Below, piece by piece: positions 22,930 through 33,174 of a stretch of 64,000 bases of DNA. Position 1 is the stretch's first letter; each line of letters begins with the position of its first letter. The notes below the pieces were generated by a model, which was given only the letters and a program-made list of their open reading frames with translations, was not told the origin of the DNA and did not search any database. A program made the translations under genes and the position numbers. The stretch comes from Wickerhamiella versatilis (Eukaryota): the NCBI GenBank assembly GCA_030867685.1, contig JAQOWU010000008.1, positions 4,278,001-4,342,000 of the forward strand. Direction: 5' to 3'.

Positions 22930-24192
22930 TTACGTGATCTGTGGGGGGTGCCACAGCTCCTTCTCCTTGACGTTTTCCCATATAAACCGCGCTAGCGGGT
23001 GCGCGACTTTTTCGCAAGCATCACGAGCCCATAGAACATCGAGATGGGAATAACCAGGGAGATCGATTTGAGTCATTGATATATCACATTCGTAGGTATG
23101 TATGCGGTTGATTAGCTTCTCAGGAGGGACCAAGTCGTCGCGACCGCAGGTAAATAGTGCCAGAGGAGGAAACCTATGGTCAAACCAAGGATGGTCTTGG
23201 CGTTTAAAGATGCATTTTCTATCAGCAAACCCACCTTTTCCCAGCCACCACATCATTAATTTTGAGCTCACGTACACCGGGGCAAAGATAAAGTTACGGT
23301 CCCGATAGTGCCTGTCCCACTGACGATCGCTCCATCCAAGCATATAATTGAACACGATATACCCCGTATATACAAATATTCGAAGGGGGAGGATCTTGTG
23401 CATAGATCCCATAATGCCCATAAAACTACGGTATCCTACGAGCATCCGGTAGCCCCGCACTCCATGTCGTAGCATACGTAAAAACCAGCGGTCAATAAGC
23501 GGTCCAGCATATACTGCTGGTGCCAAGGCGCTAAAACTGGATATATGAAGGCCCATGTCTGGTGTTCCTTGTCGGGAAAGCCCCAAAAACATTTGTGTTG
23601 TCCCCTGGGAATGGGCAGCGACAGCTACATGGCTAGATGCTGTATAGGCTCGAACATACTCTACCATCGCAGGACAATCCTTATTCCCAAGATCCTCTAT
23701 CGACCAATCCCACATCTCTGTCGACCAGCGTGAATACACCTTGTGCTCAGGATCAAAGCCGCAACGATTATTGCCAAGCCAGACATCATATCCTGCCCGG
23801 AACAACGTGAATGCGATAGATTCTGGGCCTGCCGTGCAGTAAGCCGCAGAACTTTGCATCAGACCGGGTAATAACAGAACTGGGTACCGTCTTTTCTCTT
23901 CGCTTTTGTTTCGTTCAATAATACGATCAACCTCCAGATAGTAGCCATCTGCTGTCTCTACTTTATGAGTTTCGAGGTCAAAGCCAGCAAGACGGACGTA
24001 GTATCGAAGATCAAAGACCAATTTGCGCTCAGCGCGGCTTAATCTTACTGTCTCGTCCTTAGGTGTGCTTTTCGTCATTATATTCTCCCATAATGCAAGT
24101 ACCAACAATACTGTGAGATAAAAGAGCGCAAATATGCATGAAGAAACACTGCATACTCCTTGAAAAGTGTTTATGGCTGCGCCATTTGGCAT
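22930..24192 (-). CDS. Steryl-ester hydrolase/lipase (Yeh1/Yeh2/Tgl1 family)
   Basis: N-terminal TM, VETADGYYL, GYDVWLGNNR, AHSQG nucleophile, YSHLDVLW. Confidence 0.88.
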   Translation of the reverse strand: MPNGAAINTFQGVCSVSSCIFALFYLTVLLVLALWENIMTKSTPKDETVRLSRAERKLVFDLRYYVRLAGFDLETHKVETADGYYLEVDRIIERNKSEEKRRYPVLLLPGLMQSSAAYCTAGPESIAFTLFRAGYDVWLGNNRCGFDPEHKVYSRWSTEMWDWSIEDLGNKDCPAMVEYVRAYTASSHVAVAAHSQGTTQMFLGLSRQGTPDMGLHISSFSALAPAVYAGPLIDRWFLRMLRHGVRGYRMLVGYRSFMGIMGSMHKILPLRIFVYTGYIVFNYMLGWSDRQWDRHYRDRNFIFAPVYVSSKLMMWWLGKGGFADRKCIFKRQDHPWFDHRFPPLALFTCGRDDLVPPEKLINRIHTYECDISMTQIDLPGYSHLDVLWARDACEKVAHPLARFIWENVKEKELWHPPQIT

Positions 24193-24448
24193 GCCAGCCG
24201 CGGTAGTTGCTTACTCAGCTACGCGACGACGTATGATGTATTTCTACTTCGAAGAGACCAGCTGTCATTTATTATCTCAAATTGAATAAGTAATTAAGCT
24301 AAACAATTCGAAATCGAAGATATTGATTATTATTGAGGACATAGAATGTGGAAGTATAGACCTTGTTTACACATAAATTTCAGGAAAAGAAACTGCAAGC
24401 AGATATATGTTGTCATACTACTTCATTAGGCTTTGTGTATAGAAAATC

Positions 24449-25474
24449 ATGTACACTTTCCGGTATTATTTTAACAATAAAAAAGCGCGCCCGCTAGCCA
24501 CTTATCATTTAAAAGAAAATATGACTCAGCCACTGACGACTATGGAGTCGGTTTTAAGACGGTCCGTACACACTGCTGTACAGGCTTCCGACGGCTACGT
24601 TTCGGTACTTGGCACGTTGCGCAACTATATTGCTCCAAAAATTACACAGAATACTCGTAATGATATACTTAGCCGATTGGACCGCGGTTTTCTATTTGAA
24701 GACTTAAACACCACGAAACGTCGGTTAGTATTTCGTCCTTCGCGAGCATTTCACTTTTCACAAAGCGTGACTGAGCCCCCTAAATACCAGGGTCGTGTTC
24801 TAGAACCTATGCAATATCCAGGCATACCGTCAGTCAACGACTTACTTCGACTAATTGCTGCAAGCGAAACACCCGAGCAGGTTCACCAAGCTCAACAGTA
24901 TTTGAAAGCATACAACACACACAAGGAAGTCCGGGCTAATCTGCGTCCTGAGCATTTTGTGGCTCTGTTGAAAAAGTCTGCCGAAGTAGGGGCTTTCACC
25001 GAAGTGTACAACGCACTGACTGTAAATCGCTATCGGTACAGAAGATTCCTTACCAATGAATTTTGGCTCGAAGTGTTACGGGTCTATGCATTGAGAGTCC
25101 CTGCCCTCAGTCATCGTTCAAAAAACGTTCTTTATAAGGCCCATAAGCTCAGTCCTGAGGGTATTGGCCGTGAGCTTGTCCTGCTCTATGCGCTGGGACA
25201 ATTTGGTGCCAAATTCGGGGAGCAATATACGAAAAGAATCCCCGAGATTGCAGATATTATAGCCAAGTTAGCACCTACCAGTCCGCTCAATCCTCTTGAT
25301 GCGGTCCTAGGTATCGAGGGGGCCAAACTTACAGGCCATACTGAGCTTGCCCAGATTCTTGAAAAGAGACTCGAGGAGTTCCAACCTAACAACGGCGCTG
25401 ATGTGGAAAGAAAATTGTGGAGTATTGCTGAAGTTGATCAGAATACATCTACTGATAGCTCTAATGCCGAGTAA
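24449..25474 (+). CDS. Probable mitochondrial small-subunit ribosomal protein (Mrp13-like)
   Basis: RLVFRPSRA...EPM..P and LRPEHFVALL..S...G.F resemble Mrp13 as recalled; true start may be 24521 or 24542. Confidence 0.55.
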   Translation: MYTFRYYFNNKKARPLATYHLKENMTQPLTTMESVLRRSVHTAVQASDGYVSVLGTLRNYIAPKITQNTRNDILSRLDRGFLFEDLNTTKRRLVFRPSRAFHFSQSVTEPPKYQGRVLEPMQYPGIPSVNDLLRLIAASETPEQVHQAQQYLKAYNTHKEVRANLRPEHFVALLKKSAEVGAFTEVYNALTVNRYRYRRFLTNEFWLEVLRVYALRVPALSHRSKNVLYKAHKLSPEGIGRELVLLYALGQFGAKFGEQYTKRIPEIADIIAKLAPTSPLNPLDAVLGIEGAKLTGHTELAQILEKRLEEFQPNNGADVERKLWSIAEVDQNTSTDSSNAE

Positions 25475-25547
25475 TAAACGTATGTACATACATAGATTTC
25501 TTCATAGGTTATGTGACTAATTGAAAGTCGATCCCGATCACATCATC

Positions 25548-26150
25548 ATGGCGACAAATATTCATTGGCACGCTGGCATTTCACATGAAGAAAGAAGTAA
25601 ATACACGGGTCAGAAGGGTATGACATTGTGGTTTACAGGTCTCAGTGCATCAGGCAAAAGCACTATTGCTACAGCTTTGGAACAGCACTTGCTGCACAAA
25701 GGTGTTGTGGCTTACCGACTTGATGGCGACAATGTCAGATTTGGGCTGAACAAAAATCTTGGCTTCAGTGAAGCTGATAGAAACGAGAATATCAGAAGGA
25801 TTAATGAGGTCACCAAGCTGTTTGCCGATGCTTCAGTGGTAAGTCTTGCTTCGTTCATCAGCCCGTACCGTAACGACCGTGATCAAGCTCGTGAAATCCA
25901 TGAAAAGGCAGGACTACCATTCATTGAAATCTACGTCAATGTTCCTGTAGAAGTTGCCGAGCAGCGTGATCCCAAAGGTCTGTACAAGAAGGCGCGTGCT
26001 GGGGAAATAAAGGAGTTCACCGGTATAAGTGCACCTTACGAGGCTCCGCTTAAGCCTGAAATTGAAGTTACCCATAACCAATCTATTGAGGACTCCGTTC
26101 AAAAGATTTACGATTACCTTGTCTCAAACAAGTACATTACACCGAAATAG
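25548..26150 (+). CDS. MET14: Adenylylsulfate kinase
   Basis: [43 protein letters not shown]. Confidence 0.97.
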   Translation: MATNIHWHAGISHEERSKYTGQKGMTLWFTGLSASGKSTIATALEQHLLHKGVVAYRLDGDNVRFGLNKNLGFSEADRNENIRRINEVTKLFADASVVSLASFISPYRNDRDQAREIHEKAGLPFIEIYVNVPVEVAEQRDPKGLYKKARAGEIKEFTGISAPYEAPLKPEIEVTHNQSIEDSVQKIYDYLVSNKYITPK

Positions 26151-26245
26151 ACTAGACATGTTGTTATACTTCTCATATTAGCAGCGAAAATAGAATTAGG
26201 AACTGCTCGAGGAAGTGATTGTTTTCTATTGGACACAAATCCCGC

Positions 26246-26869
26246 CTACCGTCGCAAGCTATCCATTCGTGCCTCGAGATCCTCGGCAGGTGACTCAACA
26301 GCAGGTTGTCCAGATGGCGCCTCTGCCAACTGATTGTTGAGGTCAACTCCAATCTCATCAAGTACCTTTGCCACTACTTCGTCAGACTCCTCTTCCTCTT
26401 CCTCGTCCACACCAGTATCCATCACATCATCCATCATTTCCTGCCGTTGGTCCATCATATCTGTTTCCCTCTCAAAGTCCATAGAGATCTTGGACAACGC
26501 TGGCAAGTTCATTTGTCTATTCATGGAGCCTAGAAGTCTCGAAGCGCCCTGCATGCTTTGCATCATTTGCTGATTCCCACGCACAGTTTGAATACGCAAC
26601 GAAATCGCCTGAAGTTGCGTCTTCATCGTATAGAATTTATGAATGTAATTCCTGGTACGCACGAGGTCTTTAGCCATAACATTTGCCGATGACATGTGAC
26701 CATCTCGGGCTGACTTCTTGATGTCGGCTATCAGCCGCCGCTCCTGACCTTCCAGACGTGACCTTTCACGATCTAACTCTCTCTGAGTCCTTTCTAAAGC
26801 CCTTTGATGCTTTCGCAGTCGCTGCTGGGGCGTCAATCGCTTGCCGAACACCCAGTCCAGCATCTGCAT
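26246..26869 (-). CDS. DID4: ESCRT-III subunit Vps2
   Basis: WVFGK..TPQQRLRK.QRALERTQRELDRE, AKDLVRTR, MIM1 tail DLEARMDSLRR; start at 26869 or 26863. Confidence 0.95.
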   Translation of the reverse strand: MQMLDWVFGKRLTPQQRLRKHQRALERTQRELDRERSRLEGQERRLIADIKKSARDGHMSSANVMAKDLVRTRNYIHKFYTMKTQLQAISLRIQTVRGNQQMMQSMQGASRLLGSMNRQMNLPALSKISMDFERETDMMDQRQEMMDDVMDTGVDEEEEEESDEVVAKVLDEIGVDLNNQLAEAPSGQPAVESPAEDLEARMDSLRR

Positions 26870-27445
26870 TGGGTTAGTCAAGAGAGATTTGGCAGGCTGC
26901 AAAGTGCAATCGTTCCTGCACCGAACCACAGCATGGTGTACTACTGGCTACCACTTTTCTAATGATATTTCTTTTTACTGATGCACGTTCAGAGCTAGTC
27001 GATTCATGAAAGTTTTTAACCCTCCAGTTTTATTTCGGTAGAAGCAACATAAGGCGGCATTTTTAAGGCGTATTGATCCTTATGGAATCTATGTCCTCCA
27101 CCAATTGCCATGTCTTAGAAACCAGCCAGTGGTAGATTCTAGAAGAGTTGCATCAGGCCCAAATCCAAGCATAAAATTACGACACTGTCCATGATCATTT
27201 GAGAAATATAATAAAAACAGCATAATTATGGTAATTTTTAGTTTTTATATACAGGAATGCCACTGGCATCAACAAGTTTAACCCCGCCATTGGGCAAACC
27301 GTCCAGTTTGCGATTCCTAATCGATGGTATAACCTAGCCCTTTACGTGGCTGCTAGGCTGATATGGTAAGATGGTGGTGCGGGTGACGTAAACAACCAGT
27401 CCAATTGCCCCTTTGCCCATTCTGGTGACCTAAAGAACTCGAGGC

Positions 27446-28579
27446 ATGGATGTTGTGACAGAGCGCGTGAGGGACGGAGTGACGGGTGAGGAGTACGACC
27501 TACAGTACATCCAGTCAAGGGTTGTGGGGAGCGGCTCATTTGGTGTAGTCTTTCATACTCGACTTCTGCCCTCCCAGGAGGATGTAGCGATTAAACGGGT
27601 GCTGCAGGATCGCCGATTCAAAAACCGAGAGCTCGAGATCATGCGTAAGGTCCACCATCCGAATATCGTGAATCTTAAGGCATACTTTCACAGCGTGGCA
27701 GAGAATGACGACGTGTACCTCAATCTAATACTCGAATATGTGCCAAGCACGGTTTTAGCTGAGTCCCGGTACTTTACCCGTGCACGGTTGCCGATGCCTA
27801 ACTTGCTGGTGAAACTTCTTACTTACCAGATGTTCCGGTCGCTTGCTTATATCCATGCATTGGGAATATGCCACCGGGATATTAAGCCTACTAATCTTTT
27901 GAGCGATTCTCGGAATGGAGTCCTTAAGCTCTGCGACTTTGGCAGTGCCAAAATTCTTCATCCGGGGGAGCCCAATGTAGCGTATATTTGCTCGCGGTAT
28001 TACCGGGCCCCCGAGCTTATTTTTGGAGCTGTCAACTACACGACCAAAATAGATGTATGGAGCGGATGCTGCGTCATGGCAGAGCTCATCCTGGGGTCAC
28101 CGCTTTTTCCAGGAGGTAATGGGATCGACCAACTGGTAGAGATAATCAAGGTGTTGGGTACCCCGTCACGGGAACAGATCAGGGCAATGAATCCTAGCCA
28201 CAATAATGATCATAGATTTCCACAGATTCGGCCACATCCCCTGCAGAGAGTTTTCAGGACGGCACCTCCGGATGCGATTGATCTAATGTCGAGTATACTT
28301 GAGTATTCTCCACAACGCCGCCCGTCGGCAATTGAGGTGCTGGCACACCCTTATTTCGATGAGCTTCGAAACCCAAATACGACGTTGCCGAACTGGCATC
28401 ACCCTGAGCAGCCCAACCGGCCGTTGCCACCGCTTTTTAACTTTACCCGTCTCGAACTAAGCATTGCACCGCATCTGAATGAACGCCTCGTACCTCCACA
28501 TGCAATTTCCCAACTGGAGTTCGATATATCCACATTCAAACCAATGTCTGAACACGAAATGAGGGCCCTGGCACAGTAG
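27446..28579 (+). CDS. Glycogen synthase kinase-3 family kinase (Rim11/Mrk1-like)
   Basis: [42 protein letters not shown]. Confidence 0.95.
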   Translation: MDVVTERVRDGVTGEEYDLQYIQSRVVGSGSFGVVFHTRLLPSQEDVAIKRVLQDRRFKNRELEIMRKVHHPNIVNLKAYFHSVAENDDVYLNLILEYVPSTVLAESRYFTRARLPMPNLLVKLLTYQMFRSLAYIHALGICHRDIKPTNLLSDSRNGVLKLCDFGSAKILHPGEPNVAYICSRYYRAPELIFGAVNYTTKIDVWSGCCVMAELILGSPLFPGGNGIDQLVEIIKVLGTPSREQIRAMNPSHNNDHRFPQIRPHPLQRVFRTAPPDAIDLMSSILEYSPQRRPSAIEVLAHPYFDELRNPNTTLPNWHHPEQPNRPLPPLFNFTRLELSIAPHLNERLVPPHAISQLEFDISTFKPMSEHEMRALAQ

Positions 28580-28667
28580 CAATAGGCGCAGGTCTCGCCT
28601 AAAAATTAACGTAGTGTAAAGTCGAGTCAAAAGCATGTTACGTGCTCTAAATTTACTCTTATATTGA

Positions 28668-29177
28668 TTATATCTGCAGTGAGTAACTATAATCGTCCTC
28701 GAGGTTCTGCGCTAACCACAGACCTGCACAGCTTACCATCACGCAGCCTGACGACACCACGTTTTCGATGCCCATTCCCAGCACGGGCATGTGATGATGA
28801 TGTACAATGTAACGTAGCACTAGAATAACAACTGAACCGGCCACTCCGCCAGACAGAAACGCAAAGCCCATAAACAGGACAACCTTGGCCTGCCAGCTGT
28901 CACTGCTGCCACCGTACTCGCTACCAAATGCAATGCCTGATTGCAAACGTCTCTTCTCAACAAGATTAATGACGGCCATCCCTAGCGAGCTCAGAAGCAG
29001 GGGTATCCAGTCCACAAACCCCACGTGGAGTGACGATGGGTTGCGGTGTGAAGACCACAACGCACTGTCTAGCATAAGATAAAATGCTAGCCCATAAAGG
29101 ACACCACTCGTGTATACCCCTCCCGCTCGTAACGTTTGTGAGGAGACATGCGGCAAGTTCAATGTCAGGCCGCTCAT
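28668..29177 (-). CDS. VPS68: Vacuolar sorting protein Vps68
   Basis: GGVYTSG.LY, HVGFVDWIP, WQAKVVLF.GFA and C-terminal EDDYSYSL; ATG at 29177. Confidence 0.9.
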   Translation of the reverse strand: MSGLTLNLPHVSSQTLRAGGVYTSGVLYGLAFYLMLDSALWSSHRNPSSLHVGFVDWIPLLLSSLGMAVINLVEKRRLQSGIAFGSEYGGSSDSWQAKVVLFMGFAFLSGGVAGSVVILVLRYIVHHHHMPVLGMGIENVVSSGCVMVSCAGLWLAQNLEDDYSYSLQI

Positions 29178-29248
29178 AATGCTGACACAACCAACCACCT
29201 GCTATCACACGTACCTTTGTCACCCAGAAGATTGTTGGAGGTCTTTTG

Positions 29249-30103
29249 ATGGAAATGGCAGTCGAATCTAAAAATTTATACTATGCATTCCCAGATGAGT
29301 CTGTTGGATTGTTTGATATTAACTTGAAGCTACCACATGGGTCGAGAACCCTTCTCATAGGGGCCAACGGTGCAGGTAAAACGACCCTACTCCGTGTGCT
29401 TGCAGGAAAGACACTTACAAAAGCAGGTTCGGTCATTGTTGATGGCAGAGACCCGTTTCGGGATGTTAAGAGTGACACTACCTATCTAGGTACTGAATGG
29501 GCGTCGAATACCACAGTTCGGCGTGATGTACCTGTTACATTGCTAATTGCTTCAGTAGGTGGAGATGCCTATCCAGACCGGAGAGATCTCCTTGTAGATA
29601 TACTTGATATCGACCTTACGTGGCGAATGCATGCTGTCTCTGATGGTGAACGACGCAGAGTTCAACTATGTATGGGCCTGTTGCGGCCATGGACCACATT
29701 GCTTTTGGACGAGGTTACGGTCGACCTCGATGTACTTGTTCGTTCACGTTTACTTCAATTCCTCAAGTCTGAAACGGATAACCGTCAATGTCAAGTTATA
29801 TATGCTACCCATATATTTGATGGTCTAACAGGATGGCCTACACATATTGTTCATATGGATCTGGGTAAAATTGCAGAAATAGGAAGCACAGAGGAGCTTC
29901 TAGAGGCAGGTAAGAAGGAGGGGCTAATTGATGGATCCCGGGGTTCACCCCTCTTAGAACTCGCCTTGTCCTGGCTAAAAAGTGATCTGGAAAAAAGAGG
30001 CAAAAGAGAACGTAAAACGTGGGAAAGTGTAAAGGGTTCTATAGGATTGTCGCTGGACCATGCTGATCGCTTTAGCAGCTACTTCCAAGCTACCAGGCGT
30101 TGA
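29249..30103 (+). CDS. CAF16: Soluble ABC ATPase Caf16
   Basis: GANGAGKTT, YLGTEWA, WRMHAVSDGERRRVQL, LLLDEVTVDLD, YATHIFDGL. Confidence 0.92.
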   Translation: MEMAVESKNLYYAFPDESVGLFDINLKLPHGSRTLLIGANGAGKTTLLRVLAGKTLTKAGSVIVDGRDPFRDVKSDTTYLGTEWASNTTVRRDVPVTLLIASVGGDAYPDRRDLLVDILDIDLTWRMHAVSDGERRRVQLCMGLLRPWTTLLLDEVTVDLDVLVRSRLLQFLKSETDNRQCQVIYATHIFDGLTGWPTHIVHMDLGKIAEIGSTEELLEAGKKEGLIDGSRGSPLLELALSWLKSDLEKRGKRERKTWESVKGSIGLSLDHADRFSSYFQATRR

Positions 30104-30354
30104 AATACGGCGAACACCCTAACCCTTATATGCGGGCCGGTCGCCTAACCTTAGCCCGTTAGGTCAACAAATGAAAAAAAGACCATCATGGGCGTGGAAT
30201 TGAAGCATGTTAGTCTAAACTAGCAACAGCTCTACGTGTTCCTGAATTGAAAATGATGATTAAAGAGTTATGATTGAAGCACACCCTCCATTACTGATTC
30301 TTCGATAGGTTTTCTCCGCAAATCCTTGTTTCCGAAAATTTTCAGAATACCAAT

Positions 30355-30590
30355 TCGTATGTAAGAATGCGCGTAGAACCCGCCTAGCGCCACAATTGAT
30401 TAACAAGATATGCAGTTCCTTTTGTAACCTAGCCCCAGCAGAGCTCTAGATCCTGTTTTAGACCAGCGCCATCTCGAGATCGCAATGTATCCTGACTGAA
30501 ATTAAGCTATTTACCCAATCTAAGTACCCTGGTTAAGTTCAAACGAGGAAAAACGTAAAATTCGTTGCTCAACAACTCGCATATAAACGA
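30355..30590. promoter_or_regulatory. Candidate Upc2-type sterol response elements upstream of ERG3
   Basis: TCGTAT at 30355-30360, AAACGA at 30541-30546, TAAACGA (TCGTTTA on minus) at 30584-30590. Confidence 0.45.
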
Positions 30591-30673
30591 GCCTCCAAAG
30601 AATCTTTGGGTGACACCAGTGATTAGTGAGCAGTCATAAATAACTCTAGTTCCAAAGCTCTCCTTTGCACACG

Positions 30674-31774
30674 ATGGACGTTGTACTGGAGGTGTTCGAC
30701 ACGCTATATTTGGACAAGTTCTGGGCCCAGGTTCTTCCTGCCTCGGAGTCGAATGTTTATGATGCGATGAAGGGTGCGCTAACCGGAAGCGCCACGAATG
30801 AGACGCTCCAATCCTCTGTCGCGTCGTGGATCTCGAATTTGAGTATCGGAAACCGCCCTGAGCGCTATGGACTGGTCCCAACCTATCTGGTGCCGCCCTC
30901 TGAATGGGCCACCAAGTCGCTCTTGGGACGGGAGAACCCAATCCGTCAGAGCCTGTCGCTGCTTGTGATCACGACGATTTTTGGTTGGCTCCTTTACCTG
31001 GGAACTGCTGCGTTCTCTTATCAGTTCGTGTTCGACAAGAAAAATCTGCAGCACCCCAAGTTCCTTAAGAACCAAATGCGTCTGGAAATCCAGCAGGCAA
31101 TGGGTGCGATTCCTTGGATGACCGCACTGACAGTGCCTTGGTTCGTGGCCGAACTGCAGGGTTACTCTAAGCTTTACTGGGGTATTGAGGAGTATAGTTT
31201 GAAGTACTTCGTCCTATCGTTCCCGCTTTTCTTGATCTTTAGTGATATGGGTATCTACATTGCACATCGATGGCTGCATTCGAAGTGGGCTTACAAGCGT
31301 CTGCACAAGCCCCATCACAAGTGGCTTATCACGACACCATTTGCCTCGCACGCTTTCCACCCAGTTGATGGTTATCTGCAGAGTATAAGCTACCACATCT
31401 TCCCCTTCATTTTTCCGTTGCAGAAAGTCGCCTACATTGCCTTGTTCGGTTTTGTAAACATCTGGACGGTGCTAATTCATGATGGAGAATATGTTGCTAA
31501 CGACCCAGTGATCAACGGCTCTGCGTGCCATACAATTCACCATCTCTACTTCAACTACAACTATGGGCAGTATACCACGTTCTTTGACCGTATCGGAGGG
31601 ACCCACCGCACTCCTGATAAGGAACTTTTCGATAAGTCAAAGAAGATGTCTAAGAGCTACGAGGAGAAACAGATCGATCAGCTAGAGGATATCCGTAGAG
31701 AGGTTGAGGGCAAGGACGACCGTGTATATGCTTCCGGTTCCGAGCCTTCGTTGAGTGCGACAGAGAAACGCTAG
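30674..31774 (+). CDS. ERG3: C-5 sterol desaturase
   Basis: MDVVLEVFD start; His boxes HRWLH, HKPHH and HTIHH; TPFASHAFHPVDG. Confidence 0.96.
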   Translation: MDVVLEVFDTLYLDKFWAQVLPASESNVYDAMKGALTGSATNETLQSSVASWISNLSIGNRPERYGLVPTYLVPPSEWATKSLLGRENPIRQSLSLLVITTIFGWLLYLGTAAFSYQFVFDKKNLQHPKFLKNQMRLEIQQAMGAIPWMTALTVPWFVAELQGYSKLYWGIEEYSLKYFVLSFPLFLIFSDMGIYIAHRWLHSKWAYKRLHKPHHKWLITTPFASHAFHPVDGYLQSISYHIFPFIFPLQKVAYIALFGFVNIWTVLIHDGEYVANDPVINGSACHTIHHLYFNYNYGQYTTFFDRIGGTHRTPDKELFDKSKKMSKSYEEKQIDQLEDIRREVEGKDDRVYASGSEPSLSATEKR

Positions 31775-31871
31775 TTATGTATCTATATATCTATGTATCT
31801 ATGTACCTTTTTATGATCAGATAAACGCTGGTTTGAGCTAATTTGGATCGGTATCCATTTATAAATATAAC

Positions 31872-32549
31872 TCATAATTCTTCGTCGTCTGAATCGATAA
31901 TGGTGACCTGCAAAGGGCGTACGCAAATGCCATGCATTTCAGGTGCTTCGAATAGCTTGTGGCCCAATACAGTGCCGTTGTTTTTGCCATCAGGCTGATC
32001 CAGCTTTATACCGACCCATGTACCTGAGGGGAGATCAGGTACAGCACCCACATATGCCACCGTACCTCGCGACATCGTCCCTGACTTCAAGCGTACATCA
32101 CACAAGGATCCAACTTTAATATCAGCAGCAGCTTCGACATCGGGTTGAAAGGAATCTGACGTAGTACGGCTCGCGCTATCCCCAAATCGTCCCAGATGAT
32201 TTTTCTTCTTCCATGCCAGCACAGAATCAGGCCTTTTAGCATAATCATCCGCAGACAGTTCATACTTACGAACCCCATCTCCACTCAGATCAAGCCTTTC
32301 TTCGCGTGGTCTTGTGTCAAGAACGTGGATACGCCATCCATTTGATAGTCCAATTTCATTTAAAGTCGCATGCTCGGGTACCGGTATTAGTTCCCCAGCC
32401 TCAGAATATACCCGCAAGTTTTGACAATTAGGAGGGATACCAGTAACCAATTCAAGTCTGTTCTTCAGGTTATCGACGGTTAAGTCCAAGTTTATTCTTT
32501 TCTCACCGGCAGTGAACTCACTGGTTACATTCACCAATACATCACACAT
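31872..32549 (-). CDS. ALF1: Tubulin-folding cofactor B
   Basis: N-terminal Ubl domain (LKNRLELVTGIPP) plus CAP-Gly (WVGIKLDQPDGKNNG); ends EEL. Confidence 0.92.
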   Translation of the reverse strand: MCDVLVNVTSEFTAGEKRINLDLTVDNLKNRLELVTGIPPNCQNLRVYSEAGELIPVPEHATLNEIGLSNGWRIHVLDTRPREERLDLSGDGVRKYELSADDYAKRPDSVLAWKKKNHLGRFGDSASRTTSDSFQPDVEAAADIKVGSLCDVRLKSGTMSRGTVAYVGAVPDLPSGTWVGIKLDQPDGKNNGTVLGHKLFEAPEMHGICVRPLQVTIIDSDDEEL

Positions 32550-32597
32550 TCATCCGATTAGTAATAACTCTGGTTCTATCCATCCTTAACTGCGAGT

Positions 32598-33038
32598 ATG
32601 CCTGAGAACCGGCGAAGAGGAGGTGGCGACGGTCACAGAGCGGGAAATGATCGTCGCTCCAATAATAGAAGAGACCAGCAACGGCCTGGATCTGGCCGTC
32701 AGCAGCAAGCGCAGTCGCAAAACCAACAACAAGGCCAACGAAAAGAAAGCGAAAAAAAGCCCTTTGTACCTTGGCTTGGAGAAGAAAGGCCAGGTAAAGG
32801 CCCGATTCTGGACTTGGAACAGTATCGTGGCAAGCCTATTTCTATTCAGTTCAGCGGAGGGCGTGCAATTGAGGGCATCCTTGTAGGTTTTGATGCACTA
32901 CTAAACCTCGTTTTGGATGATGTTAAGGAGGATTTGGATAATGAACAGGTCCGAAATCTCGGAAAACTTGTGGCCCGAGGACCTCAGATTCAGACTATTT
33001 CTCCGGTTCTGGGTAGCGGCGACATCGGTTCAGCCTGA
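32598..33038 (+). CDS. LSM7: Sm-like protein Lsm7 with R/Q-rich N-terminal extension
   Basis: ILDLEQY, FSGGR.IEG.L.GFD.LLNLVLDD, RNLG.LV.RG. Confidence 0.9.
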   Translation: MPENRRRGGGDGHRAGNDRRSNNRRDQQRPGSGRQQQAQSQNQQQGQRKESEKKPFVPWLGEERPGKGPILDLEQYRGKPISIQFSGGRAIEGILVGFDALLNLVLDDVKEDLDNEQVRNLGKLVARGPQIQTISPVLGSGDIGSA

Positions 33039-33174
33039 GTATTTCTTGGGGCCCGTTCCATTTTATGTACATGCAATCGCTAATGTTTGATATAATATAT
33101 ATGCCAGCTGCGTCCGATACCTCACATTCGGTCCACTAAAGTTAAAAATTGTGGGTTAGGTTACATATCATAAT

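Noticed and set aside
25480-25527. GTATGT...GACTAAT...AAG intron between MRP13-like and MET14
   Set aside because: Starts 5 nt after a stop codon; TATGTA is more simply a 3'-end efficiency element
27363-27445. ATG|GTAAGA first intron for the GSK3 kinase
   Set aside because: The nearby AG acceptors (27399, 27435, 27443) do not restore the frame
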